From contig OX442314.1 of NCBI GenBank assembly GCA_949358305.1, forward strand, positions 4,092,001 to 4,156,000: a stretch of 64,000 bases of DNA, given 5' to 3'. A program made the translations under genes and the position numbers. Positions 13,801 to 25,992 of the stretch are shown piece after piece (positions within the stretch are counted from its first letter, which is position 1; the number at the start of each line of letters is the position of its first letter). The notes beneath the pieces are model-generated. The model was not told the DNA's origin, did no database searches, and saw only the letters and a program-made list of their open reading frames with translations. This DNA comes from Strigamia acuminata. Lineage: Eukaryota.

Positions 13801-16800
13801 CAGTTTTTGCACCACTAAATTCAGTTTTTACACCGCTAAATTCAATTTTTGCACTGAAAAATTTATTTTTTGACTGCAACAGAAGGCAACCGATAGCGGA
13901 TTACGAACATTTTGAAAAGACTATTAACGGAAAGTGAGAAAGAAATAATTGGCGGGATTTTTCGATCAAAAAATAAATTTTTCAATCAAAAAATAAATTT
14001 TTCAATCAAAAAATAAATTTTCCGGTGCAAAAACTGAATTTTCCGATCAAAAACTAAATTTTCCGGTGCAAAAAATGAATGTTGCAGTCAAAAAATAAAT
14101 TTTCCGGTGCAAAACCAGAATTTTCCAATCAAAAAATAAATTTTCCGGTGCAATTTTACGGCCATTTTTTTGGCACTGAAAAATTTATTTTTTGATCTGA
14201 AAATTCATTTTTTGCACCGGAAAATTCAGTTTTTGTACCGAAAATTCATTTTTTGCACCGGAAAATCCATTTGTTTCGACCCAATTATTAATTTCTCTTT
14301 TTTAAATACTTATCGTTTGAATTTAGTTCGGGTAAATGTCAACTTTACTGCAACGACCTCGAAATGAACAGCAAAGAGTTGCAGAAAACGGCCACATCGG
14401 CGCGCGAGGAGTACATCAAGAAGCACCCGGAGTCGGCCAACATCGAGTTGAAATACGACCCGACCAAAAACATCTCGAGCGAGCGGCGCGTCGATTTCAA
14501 TTACGAAGAAATGATGTTCAACTTGCACAGACGCCAAAGAGAAATGGAAGAGAGGCTCCTCGTGTACGCGGAGATGAGCTCCGGAGAGAGGTCGGTACAG
14601 AAACTGGCCAGAATGTGCGAGGCTCTCGACAGGCCGCTTGGAGTCGTTATGAGGGCACCTCACATGATGCGACTGCCGTATATGGTACGTTGCGAAAATG
14701 ACATGAAATTTCGAATTTTTAATAAGCTGATTTGTTTTTTTTCTTTCGTTTTTATAGCCGGATTTAGCTGTTCCTATACATAGACGTAATTGTTTTGATT
14801 TTTGTTTAATTTTGACTCAAAAACCATTTTATACTGCGTAAAATAGTTTTATAGTGCATAAAATCGTTTTATAGTGCATAAAATAGTTTTATAGTGCATA
14901 AAATGGTTTTATACTGCATAAAATGGTTTTATACTGCATAAAAAGGTTTTATACTGCAGAAAATGGTTTTATACTGCATAAAATGGTTTTATACTGCATA
15001 AAATGGTTTTATCCTGCGTAAAATGGTTTTATACTGCGTAAAATCGTTTTATAGTGCATAAATTTGTTTTATGCACTATAAAACGATTTTATGCAGCATA
15101 AAATCGTTTTATAGTGCATAAAATCGTTTTATAGTGCATAAAATTGTTTTGTCGTGCATAAAATCGTTTTATACTGCATAAAATCGTTTTATAGTGCTAA
15201 AATCGTTTTATACTGCATAAAATCGTTTTATAGTGCATAAAATCGTTTTATAGTGCATAAAATTGATTTTAACTGTATAAAATCGTTTTATACTGAAATT
15301 GTTTTATAATGCATAAATTGCAAAAAAAAGCATTTTTCGGTCCAAAAAATGCATATTTTGGTCCCAAAAAATTGCATTTTTTAGTTTAAAAAAAATTGCA
15401 TTTTTCGGTCCAAAAAAATTGTATTTTTCAGTCCAAAAAATTGCATTTTTCGGTCCAAAAAATGCATATTTCGGTTCCAATAAATTGCATTTTTCAGTTT
15501 AAAAAAATTGCATTTTTCAGTTTAAAAAAATTGCAATTTTCGGTAAAATAAAATTGTATTTTTCGGTCCAAAAAATTGCATTTTTCGGTCCAAAAAATTG
15601 CATTTTTCGGTAAAAAAAAATTGCATTTTCCGGTCCAAAAACTAATTTTTCGGTCCAAAAACTAATTTTTCGGTCCAAAAACTAATTTTTCGGTCCAAAA
15701 ACTAATTTTTCAGTCCAAAAACTAATTTTTCAGTCCAAAAACTAATTTTTTTGTCCAAAAACTAATTTTTCGGTCCAAAAATTCCATTCTTCCATTCAAA
15801 ACGTTTCATTCCAGGCCACGAAATTCTGATTCCAGGCATCAACCCATTCCTCCACCAAGTCCGGCGAATCGTCGCGCCTCCTCTCCCCGCCGCCTTCCTC
15901 CCCGAACCACCACATCTCGACAACATCACCGTCGCCAAACGCCAAATAGCCACTGCCCGCACTCTCGCGGCCCGCAAACGCCCCCGACCGGACATCGCAC
16001 CCGCAACAACACCCAACGTCGCGGACCCGCTCCAACACAACATCGTCGCCACAGCCACAACAAACGTCAACCTCACACGTCCCAGGGACGTCCAAGCACC
16101 AAACTACCGCTCAGTATTCCTCACAAATCGAACCCTAATCGACGGAAAACCAATTCCGAACGTCGCCGTGCGACGAATCGCGATCCCCGAGCCGACGGGC
16201 CTCTTCTGGTCGGCGAACAATGCACCCAACGCTGGGGTCACGACCATAACGACCACGACGACGACGACGGTCAGTCGGAGTGTCCAGTTGAATCCGGACG
16301 GAAGTCTGCAGAGAATTGCGGCCGTGGCGCCGCGGAAGACTTCGGTCACTAGAATTACGCCGGCGCGACCGGCGCGGATTGTGCGGCCGGCGACGTTGGT
16401 GGTGGGCGGCGCGGCGGCGGATGTGGTCGGTAGGGAGACGGGGCCGGGGCCGGGGTCGTTGCCGGTGCCTTATTTTGGTTGTGGTGGAAGTCGAAGTGCG
16501 GTTACGGGGCGGGAGAGTTTGTTGTTTGGTTCGCGGAAGGTTTCGGAGGTAGGTTTGGGTTTGGGTTTGGGGTGTTGGTTTTGTTGGTTAATTTTTTTTT
16601 TTTTTTTTTTTTTTGTAAGGGGACTGGAGCGGAGAAGCCGGAGTGTGTTCCGTTGGGGAATGAAGCGGGAGCTGTACAGAAGACGTTAAGTCTCGCTGAT
16701 GGTGAGTTTGGGTGAAGGGTTAGCCATGAATGGTTGGATGAATGGTTGGAGTGATGGGATTTTGTGGGGTTTTTTGGGGGATTTTTTGGGGATTTTTTGT

Positions 16801-17540
16801 GGGATTTTGGGGGGTTTTTGGAGAAATTTTGGGAATTTTTGGAGAAAATTTTGGAGGAAATTTGGAGAAAATTTTGGAGGAAATTTGGAGAAATTTTGGG
16901 GGGTTTTGGGAGAAATTTTGGGGGGGTTTTGGAGATATTTTGGGGAGTTTTGGGAGACATTGTGGGGGGTTTTGGGAGAAATTTTGGAGAAATTTTGGGG
17001 GGTTTTGGGAGAAATTTTGGGGAGTTTTGGGGGGTTTTGGGAGAAATTTTGGAGAAATTTTGGGGGGTTTTGGGAGAAATTTTGGGGAGTTTTGGGAGAA
17101 ATTTTGGGGGGTTTTGGAGAGATTTTGGGGGGTTTTGGAGAAATTTTGGGGGGTTTTGGGAGAAATTTTGGGGGGTTTTGGAGACATTTTGGGTGGTTTT
17201 TGGAGAAATTTTTGGGAGTTTTGGGAGACATTGTGGGGAGTTTTGGGAGACATTGTGGGGAATTTTGCGACACATTTTGGGGAATTTTGCGAAACATTTT
17301 GGGAAATTTTGCAGGAAATATTTTGGAATTTTTGGAAATATTTGAAAATTTTGAGAAACATTGGGAAATTCAGTTCAATTTTGGGTAATTCTCTTCAATT
17401 TTGGAAAATTCTCTTTAATTTTGGGAAATTCTTTTCAATTTTGGGAAATTCCCTTCAATTTTGGGAAATTCTCTTCAATTTTGGGAAATTCTCTTCAATT
17501 TTGGAATATTCTCTAGAATTTTGGGAAATTCTCTTCAATT
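1420..17540. repeat. Intronic minisatellite arrays: 1420-1926 (41 bp), 2640-3300 (10/20), 4010-4445 (about 41), 5720-6295 (30), 7420-7950 (21), 8000-8170 (23), 10140-10720 (20), 11620-12380 (about 10/21), 13200-14260 (20-21), 14820-15300 (20), 15330-15780 (about 20), 16750-17540 (about 10/21)
   Basis: Direct reading; they explain the repetitive ORFs in the track. Similar arrays at 20660-21280 (31 bp) and 47650-48120 (20 bp). Confidence 0.9.
5259..8836 (-). CDS. TMX1: Thioredoxin-related transmembrane protein (TMX1-like); exons approx 8836-8673, 8605-8444, 8360-8232, 7108-7063, 6990-6889, 5575-5417, 5351-5259
   Basis: Signal peptide, WMVEF|FAPWCPAC active site, PGLSGRFMVTALPTIY, hydrophobic TM segment YLIFALVTILIGAILGL|ILVCII, basic tail VRKRRPVRKDE*. 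Confidence 0.88.
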
Positions 17541-18155
17541 TTCCGTCAAGTTCTGTCCAATTTTCCAACAAATTCCATCCAATCATTCGTGGCATCATCA
17601 CTGAAACATTATTGAAAAAATTTAATTCCTTCTCTTTTCAGAATCCCTACGCCTATACAAAGTAACGAACAAAATGTACTTTTTAACACATTTCCAAATT
17701 AAATCCAATTTTTATCAATTCTAGAATATCGTCAGGAACCGATATTTGGTGAACCCCAACCAGATGTTCCCATGTACGCGTTTCAGCGGCAAACTCGTCG
17801 GCGGAAAAGAACTCCAATCCGGTAACAATTCCTCCCAAAAAAAACTAAAACTTAATTACAAATTACAACTTAAATCACAGCTCAACGTCAAACCACAACC
17901 GCAGCAGCCGAACAGCCATTAGACGAGACAAACATTGGCTATTTCCAGGACGACACCGCAGTGCCAACCAGCACCGACGGCCATCTTTCGGAATTAAAAG
18001 ATGTCGAGCTCGACAAACCTCCGGAAGCTTTTGTCAAGCTACAGAAACAAATGTTACGTTTTTGGGCGAAGAAACAATCACCGCCAGCAACTGCGTCACC
18101 AAATTCATCGTTAGATTTGTCGTCGACGGATTCCATGAGCGATGTCGACGATTAA
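9605..18155 (+). CDS. RNF216: RBR E3 ubiquitin ligase RNF216/TRIAD3-like, copy A (intact, long low-complexity C-terminal extension)
   Basis: RING1 CECCFEDE...C..DHLFCKDC, IBR CPFC...CLNPEC..SCRLC...HVPLRC, RING2 CPSC...IKDYGCNKMTCTCGQLMCYVC. Downstream exons 14327-14684, 14758-14785, 15815-16548, 16620-16701, 17642-17661, 17725-17821, 17881-18155 join in frame by GT-AG. AATAAA at 18311. Confidence 0.85.
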
Positions 18156-18934
18156 TTTCATTTCTCCACCCTTTTCATTTCATTCAAGCTTTAATTTAGG
18201 GTTTACGAATGTCGGACTAATTTTTATTTTTACACGCATCTGTCAGTTACACATTTTTGTGTCTGTGATTTCTATTTTATATTGTAAACATGGATTTGTA
18301 CAAGTAACGCAATAAAACATGAATAATTGAGCATTAGAAGGCTCGCTTGAAAACCTGGAGCTCCAGGTGGCGACATATTTATTTATTATTTATTTATTTA
18401 TTTATTTATTTATTAGAATACAAGTTTTAGAACTGAAAAATTAAAAATACGTAAGAAATAGACAAACGTCTTGCTACGACGCTCCCGTAGTTGATTTGAT
18501 TTGAACGGAAGTTTAGTTTTGTTTCCCCGTTAGAACGAGCGTATTTCGGCCGCTAATATTTAAAGGTATTTCCCATTAAATGGATGCCGTACTGCCTTGT
18601 ATAAACGCCGGCTCGTTTAATACTTTTCTCGGTGTTTATACGAGGCAGTAAAAGATATTTGGGTCCCAGATCCAGCTGCCCGAGCGCCGTCAAAAAGTTA
18701 AAATGACCGGATTGGCTGAACCGAAAATGTTTATTTGAGCGATGCACGGCGATTGGTTGAGATCCAACTGACGTCATTCGTCGCACCTAAATTCACTGAT
18801 GGCGGCCTCGTGTTGGTGTGCAAAAGTGGTCCCGCCGCGGAACATTCCTCGTGGGAGATGTTGAGACGAGAAGTCATTCCATCGGCCCGCACGAACATTC
18901 GGCGAAACCGGCCGTAAGAGCCGAGCAGGTTAGA

Positions 18935-21900
18935 ATGGATAGCCGGAGCGCGGCTCTGCCCACGCCGTACCAACAGCTGATGCGAGACGTAACGGTGGTG
19001 AAGCAGTACGTGCACGACAGAACGGACGAGGAGATTTTCGCGTACTTAGAGGCTCATTACAACGATTTTAATCGCGTGGAGAAAGTCGTGCACGAGTTGC
19101 GGGGACGAAACGACGTTTTCGTGGCGCAGAACGAGCAGAACGTGCGCAGTTTTAATTCCGTTCAAAGCGAGAGTGGACACGAGGAAACGCTCGAACAAAT
19201 CGATTTGAACAACGACCAAGTTCAAAGTTTGCTGGGAATTAAACAATGCTGTTGGACTCAGGCGTGCAACTGCTGGAATGCACGCGAAACGTTTCCGCCG
19301 CTTTACAACAATCCGCCGGAAACCGGCCAGTCCGCACCGGCCTACAACAATGCGCGCCACACCGGCGCGCCGGTTTACAACAATGTGCGCGACACCGGCA
19401 CGTTTTCGCCGGCGCAGAACAATGCGCAGAAAACCGGGGTTTACAACAATCAACGTGAAACCACGTTTCCGCCGGTTTACAACAATGCCCGGCAAACCGG
19501 CACGTTTTCGCCGGTCTACAACAACAGTGCGCGGGATACCGGCTCGTTTTCGCCGGTTTACAACAACAATGCGCGGGAAACCGGCACGTTTTCGCCGGTT
19601 TACAACAACACTGCGCGGGAAACCGGCACGTTTTCGCCGGTTTACAACAACAATGCGCGGGAAACCGGCAGGTTTTCGCCTGCTTACAGCAATAATGTGC
19701 GCGAAACCGGGGCGTTTTCGCCGGTTTATCTTGAGCCCGGTGCTTGTTCCGGTTCCGGTTCGATGTTTTCGGACGAAAAATTCAAGGCGTATCACGACGA
19801 CCGGTTGAAAACGTTGCTGGAGATATTACCGGACGGTGATCCGGATTTTTTCTCGAATTTTATCCAAACGAATCGCGGGAACGAGACGTTTATTAACGAG
19901 TCGGTTAGTTCGTGGTTGCAAAAGCGGAATTATAAAAAAGTGCAGGAAAATAAGCCGCAAGAGAACGGGAAAGTGAAGAATAAGTTTGTCGATGGCGACA
20001 TGTCGGTGGAAGAGTTTTTGGAGATTTTTCCGGATCCGGAAACGCATTTTAATAAGCCTAAAATGGTAGTGAGTAAAAATTATCAGAAACATGTGTTGGT
20101 TTACGCGAACAACACGTATTCGTTGAACGATTCGCACATTGTGCAGATTTTGTTCAAACACAGGTACAGTTTGATTCCGGTCGTTCGGGAAATGAAATGT
20201 TTTGGTAAATAATAAATTGGTGACATTTTATTTTTATTTTTTTTTTAATTTTTTAATTTTTAATTTCAATAGAACCGACGATGAAGAGAGTGAAGCGAGA
20301 GGTGCGAGAAATGCCGAAAGAGATCGAGCAAGTGTTTTATGAAGAGCTCGTCTATTTGAAATTGGCCGATGAAATCGCAGGTTTAATTTTTGTTTACTGA
20401 TTTAATGTGTTGGATTTTTTTATTTTTGAGTTGTTGATTTTAATTTGTAGAGTATCAGCGGAGGAAAAAGGAAGAAAGGAGGAAGAGAGTGGACGAGGCG
20501 AAAGCGAATGGATGTTTGATGACTTGCGAGTGTTGTTTTGAGGATGAGTTGTTGGTCGATGACATGTTTCCGTGTCCCAAAGATCATTTGTTTTGTAGAG
20601 ACTGCATTTGCCGACAAGCTGAAATCAATATAGGTGAAATAGTAGAAACAAATCAAGTCAACTTTTGTTTAAATTTAACACACATTTCTAAAATTTTGTT
20701 TAAATTTATCACAAATTTCTAAAATTTTGTTTAAATTTATCACAAATTTCTAAAATGTTGTTTAAATTTATCACAAATTTCTAAAATGTTGTTTAAATTT
20801 ATCACAAATTTCTAAAATGTTGTTTAAATTTATCACAAATTTCTAAAATGTGGTTTAAATTTATCACAAATTTCTAAAATGTTGTTTAAATTTATCACAT
20901 TTATCTAAAATTTTGTCATAATTTGTTTAAATTTATCACATTTATCTAAAATTTTGTCATAATTTGTTTAAATTTATCATATTTTTCTAAAATTTTGTCA
21001 AATTTTGTTTAAATTTATCACAAATTTCTAAACTATTTGTTTAAATTTATCACAAATTTCTAAACTATTTGTTTAAATTTATCACAAATTTCTAAACTAT
21101 TTGTTTAAATTTATCACAAATTTCTAAAAGAATTTAAAGAATTTGTAAAATTTTATGAAAATTTGTCAAGAATTTGTAAAATTTTATGAAAATTCACAAA
21201 ATTTGTCAAATTTTGTGAAAATCCATCAAAAATTTTTCAAATTTTATGAAAATTCATAAAATCTTTCTAATTTTGTGAAAATTGGATTTCGTTTAAATTT
21301 TTAATCAAAAATCATTCCAACAAATTCATTTATTAAATAAATTGATTTTTCTGCAGGTGCAAATAAGTTGCAGTTTCCATGTTTTAATGGGTATTGCAAG
21401 GAGCAGTTTTCGATGAAAGTGCTACAAAGTTGTCTGCGGGCCAACATTTTCTCCAACATTCTTCGAAAAGTGCAAGAAGAAGAAATTCGCCGCGCCGAAA
21501 TAGCCGATTTGGTGTCATGTCCGTTTTGCTCTTTTTCCGCCATCATGCCCGACCGCAACAATAAAGTGTTCAAATGCCTTAACCCCGAATGCCGTAAAAC
21601 AACTTGCAGGTATGAATGAATTAAATGGACGAAATAAAATATATAATTTCTGATGTTTTTCGTGTTTCGTAGACTTTGTAAAGAGTTGGATCACGTGCCT
21701 TTGCGCTGTCACGAGGTGGAAAAGAAACCGGAAGTGGTTATGCGGACGTTTATTGAAAATAAAATGAGTGAAGCGTTGTTACGAACGTGTCCGAAATGCA
21801 AGTGTCGTTTGATTAAATACGAAGGATGCAATAGGATAACGTGCACTTGCGGACAGATGATGTGCTATTTGTGTCGACAACCTATTGAGGGTTATTCGCA

Positions 21901-23492
21901 CTTTGAAGAAAATGGAAATCCAAAGTACAGACAAAAATTGCTCACATATTGTTGGAATTTATCAAAATTTGCTCAAATTTTGACGGAATTTATCAAAATT
22001 TGCTCAAATTTTGACGGAATTTATCAAAATTTGCTCAAATTTGCTCAAATTTATCAAAAATTGCTCAAATTCAGTCGGAATTTATCAAAAATTGCTCAAA
22101 TTCAGTCGGAATTTATCCAAAATGGCCATTTTGGTTAAAATTTATTAATGTTTGAGCGAATTTAATCAAAATTCATCAAAAATTGCTCGAATTTAGTCTT
22201 AAATCTATCTATCAAATATTGCCTGAATTTAGACCAGATTTATCAACACAATTTATTTGTTTTAGTTCGAAAAAGTGTCCAATTACTTCGAACGTTATGG
22301 AATTGCACCGCAAAGAATTAAAAATGAGTGCCGAAGCCGCTCGTCGCGAATACATCCAAACTCATCCAGAATTTGCAAACATGGTCTTAAAACACGATCC
22401 AACAAAGCACATTTCAACCCAGCAGCCCAACCTAAGGCAGCCCAACCTAAGGCTGCACAACCGTAAACCGATAAAAATACACTAAAATCCATTTGATTTT
22501 AACCCAAGTTTTCTGATGTAGTCAAACCAATAAACATGCGGCTCACAGTTCCAGATCGTCAACCTTATCACCCTTATCCTGGCGTACGTATTGAAAAGTA
22601 CAGTCGTGGTCTTAAAAATTACCATGTGAACTAGTTCACGTTCACTACAATTTTTTTCAAAGTGAACTAACTTCAAGTTCACGAACTTGAACCAATAGTT
22701 CAGTTCACTTTTCCAATTTTTTTAAAAAAAATTGAAATGTTCTTTTTTAGTAAAGCAGTGTTATCATTGATTTTAATGACGAAGATGGCTGTTTTTGCCG
22801 TTTCGTTGTAAAAAGTGATCAAAATGAATGTTTTGATGATGAAAACGTGATCAAAACGTTTACAACTGATGCAAAAAGTTACGTTTTTGCGACGTTTTTA
22901 TCATCAAACATGGTGAACGCGAACTTCATTCAAATTCAGTCTTAAAAGTGAACTAAGTTTGTTTTTTGCGTTCACATGTAAAAGTGAACTAGTTTGCGAT
23001 CTTAGTTCGCGTTCGGAAATAAAAAATTGCTGTGCGATATATCGCACTCATGAGCAACCCTAATTTTTATGACCACGACTTTATAGGTTGAGCAAGAGAG
23101 ACGTGAGAATTTTAAAAATATAATTACGCTGTAACTAATTAATATTTTTATTTGAAAAGCATCCAAGTGATATAATTTTCCGGATATAAAAATGGTAGTT
23201 TGAATTAGTTACAGAGTAATTATTACTGTACATTTTTAAATGCATCAGGTTTCTCTGGCTCACCCAGTATATTTTTTAAATTATTTAATTATTTAATAAT
23301 TTAATTGCTTTAGAATTCATGGAACCGTCAACCTAATCCGCCGAATATGTTTCCTCGAATGAAACAAGAAGCACCGCCATCACCAAGGATGGATAATTTC
23401 AATCAAGTTTTCGTGCGGCCGGTTCAAAGAACACACACAGTTAATGCAACAACTACAAATGCAATTCACTCATCATCACCTCCGCCCTATAA

Positions 23493-23523
<31 letters not shown>

Positions 23524-25158
23524 GCCAATTTAGCGGGCAATTATTCGACAAATAATTTAAATTATGTCAGAAATTATCAGTCAAATAATACGAACTTAAA
23601 GAGGACTTATCCGTCGACGGCCACATGTCCATCGACAATGCCGTTGGATCATTTTTCAAATTCAAACATTTCGATTCAACCGTCGACTTCGCAAGCTGCA
23701 CTTTTCAGTAGCAAACTTGTTGGTGGTAAAGATGCAAATCACGAGCAGGTAATTTTCACGCAAGCTGTGTGATGGTTACTAGACCCCACAAAACCTAAAT
23801 CTGGCCCTGTCCATAATTAACAACAACTATGCGGGGATCCGTAACATGCACAACATTCTTACCAGTGCACAGTGCAAATATTTGTACCCCCAACGTCATG
23901 CATACGAATCACATAAGCATGCGTGTGCACCAGTATTGTATCTCGTTCACCACCGTGCGAACTAGTTCAAGTTCACTACAATTTTTTTCAAAGTGAACTA
24001 ACTTCTTGAAAGGTTTTTTTTTATGTTCTGTGGTTTGCAGATGAAAAAAAAAACACTTTTTTCTAGTAAAGCAGTCGTTTTCATTGATTTTTATGACGAA
24101 AACGGCTGTTTTCGCCGTTTTCGTTGTAAAAAGTGATCAAAAGTGATCAAAATGAATGTTTTGATGATGAAAACGTCATCAAAACGTTTAAAACCGATGC
24201 AAAAAGTTATGTTTTTGCGACGTTTTCATCATAAAACATGGTGAACGCGAACTTCGTTCAAGTCTACTCTTAAAAGTGAACTACCGTATATTTGCAAATA
24301 GCGCACCCGTGCGCTATTTGCCAAAAAAAAATTTGACCCGCGCGGTATTAGATGCCCGCGAGCTATTAGAGGCCCGCGGACTATTTACTCGTTCAAAAAA
24401 CCCAGCATCGGCCGACTGGCCGATGCTGGATTTTTTGAACGAGTCGGCAACAAAAGTCACCTAAAAGTGTGACAATTGAGACGTTTTCCATACGTTTCGG
24501 TAATTTTCTGCCGAAACGTATGCAAAACGTGTCATTTGTCATCCTTTTTTTTGCACATTTCGGGCCTCCCGCGCGCAATTCAAGGCCCGCGCGTTATTTG
24601 CAAAAAGATATTTTAATCCGCGCGCAATTCGAGGTCCGCGGGCTATTAGAGGCCCGCGAACTAATCGATAATATACGGTAAGTTCGTCTTTTGCGTTCAA
24701 TTGTAAAAGTGAACTAGTTCGCGATCTTAATTCGCGAACTAACGAACTTAGTTTGCGTCCCGAACTAATATGAACTATTCTGAACTAATATGAACTAATA
24801 GTTCGCGTTCGATACAACACTGGCGGCGTTGCACAACCTGAAAGATTAGAGTACAGTGAATTAGAGTACAGTTCCCAAATTACAGTAACGCATGCACCCC
24901 TGGTGGTCAGGTTAGGTCTGTGGTTAAAAAGACGTCACCGCCTTAATTTTCGCAAATTGATTAGAGCAAAAATTACATTTTGAACCAATTTCTTATCTAC
25001 AGGCTTCTGGCATCTATGCAGCATTTAGGCAGACCGGGGACCAATCACCTTCGTTTCCTCTCTTGACATCATTACTCTCTCCGGATTCACCGAGTTCATC
25101 TAGGTCATCACCAAATATTGAACGCAATTTTGCTGTGGACAACCGCTTTCTATTTTAA
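18935..25158 (+). CDS. RNF216: RNF216-like RBR E3 ligase, copy B (intact RBR); 3' exons 22266-22462, 22555-22583, 23314-23748, 25003-25158 inferred
   Basis: Same N-terminal motif (DEEIFAYLEAH) and RBR-region exon layout as A; RING2 IKYEGCNRITCTCGQMMCYLC retains the catalytic Cys; FSSKLVGGK motif shared with A's FSGKLVGGK. Without the 22463 donor the ORF would stop at 22485. Confidence 0.8.
19290..19730 (+). repeat. Degenerate coding repeat in copy B (about 42-bp, 14-aa unit ARETGTFSPVYNNN)
   Basis: Visible in the 18818..20212 ORF translation; absent from copy A. Confidence 0.85.
23931..24822. mobile_element. hAT-like MITE (CAGT(A/G)TTGTATC termini) in a copy B intron; degenerate relative at about 22625-23010
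   Basis: Terminal inverted repeats, GAACTA/TAGTTC subrepeats and similarity to 22625-23010. No clear 8-bp TSD. Confidence 0.55.
24282..24680. mobile_element. TA-flanked MITE (TACCGTATAT...ATATACGGTA), nested in the previous element
   Basis: TIRs including TA; second copy at 39761-40158. Confidence 0.8.
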
Positions 25159-25829
25159 TCTTTTTTATTTGTTGACGAACAGTTTTAGTACGAAAAATAG
25201 TAGCGGTTTTTTTTAACGAAATACACCAAATCTTCCATATGAAATTAATCTACTTTTTATTCTTATTATTATTGTGATAATTTAATTTTATTTTTTTTGC
25301 CAATTGTACATCAAATGAAAATCAATAAATCATAATTTAATAAAAACATGCTTACTTTGTTGTGTTTCTAAAAAACAAACAACCGGTGCATTGTTGTGCA
25401 CGTAATTTCAATATTTTGGCTCAAAATTACGGGATCTTGTTCCCATAAATATTTGGCAGCAGTTGTTTTATGTGACAGATGTGAATTGATGGCCCAGTTG
25501 GATAAATGATTAAAAAATAAACAATTTTCAAAATATAACTAAACCAGTAATAGAATTGCATTATAATCATGCTGAAATAATGTACAATAAGTACAAGAGT
25601 GATGTCTTTCTCACAAATAAAAAAAAATAAAAAAATTCACATTTTAATCTTAGAAATCTGTGACAAAACTTTGGCCTGTTCTTCAAATTTTTAACAAAAA
25701 TTAAAATCAGTTTAACTTTAATACTTGATTCCCTTCCCACAATAATAATAAATTCAATGCACCTTGTATGCATTGAATCTATTTGTTTTTTAAAACTTTT
25801 AGGCAGTGATGGACTCCCATGCTTTTTCA

Positions 25830-25992
25830 ATGGATACTGCATTGTCCTGCTGAAAAATCCACTTTTCTCCAGCCATTCCTCTTCCTTTCTTCCACAAATT
25901 CTTTTCCAGGACCGCTTGATACGTATTTGCATTTTGTCTTCCATTCAAAAAAACAATTTCACTTTTTTTCTCGTATCCAAATGCACCCCATC
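25830..25992 (-). pseudogene. Tc1/Tc3-like DDE transposase fragment
   Basis: A minus-strand frame not in the ORF track reads WGAFGYEKKSEIVFLNGRQNANTYQAVLEKNL...KWIFQQDNA, containing the WGxF and FQQDNA Tc1 motifs. Confidence 0.75.

Noticed and set aside
11960..17665. Long repetitive ORFs (PQIL, FLKFY, PKISP, GGFWRNF types)
   Set aside because: Stop-free by-products of intronic minisatellites between in-frame RBR exons.
15815..18155. Separate gene between copies A and B (likewise the ORFs at 23347 and 50856)
   Set aside because: These exons splice in frame onto the upstream RBR genes and share the FSxKLVGGK motif.
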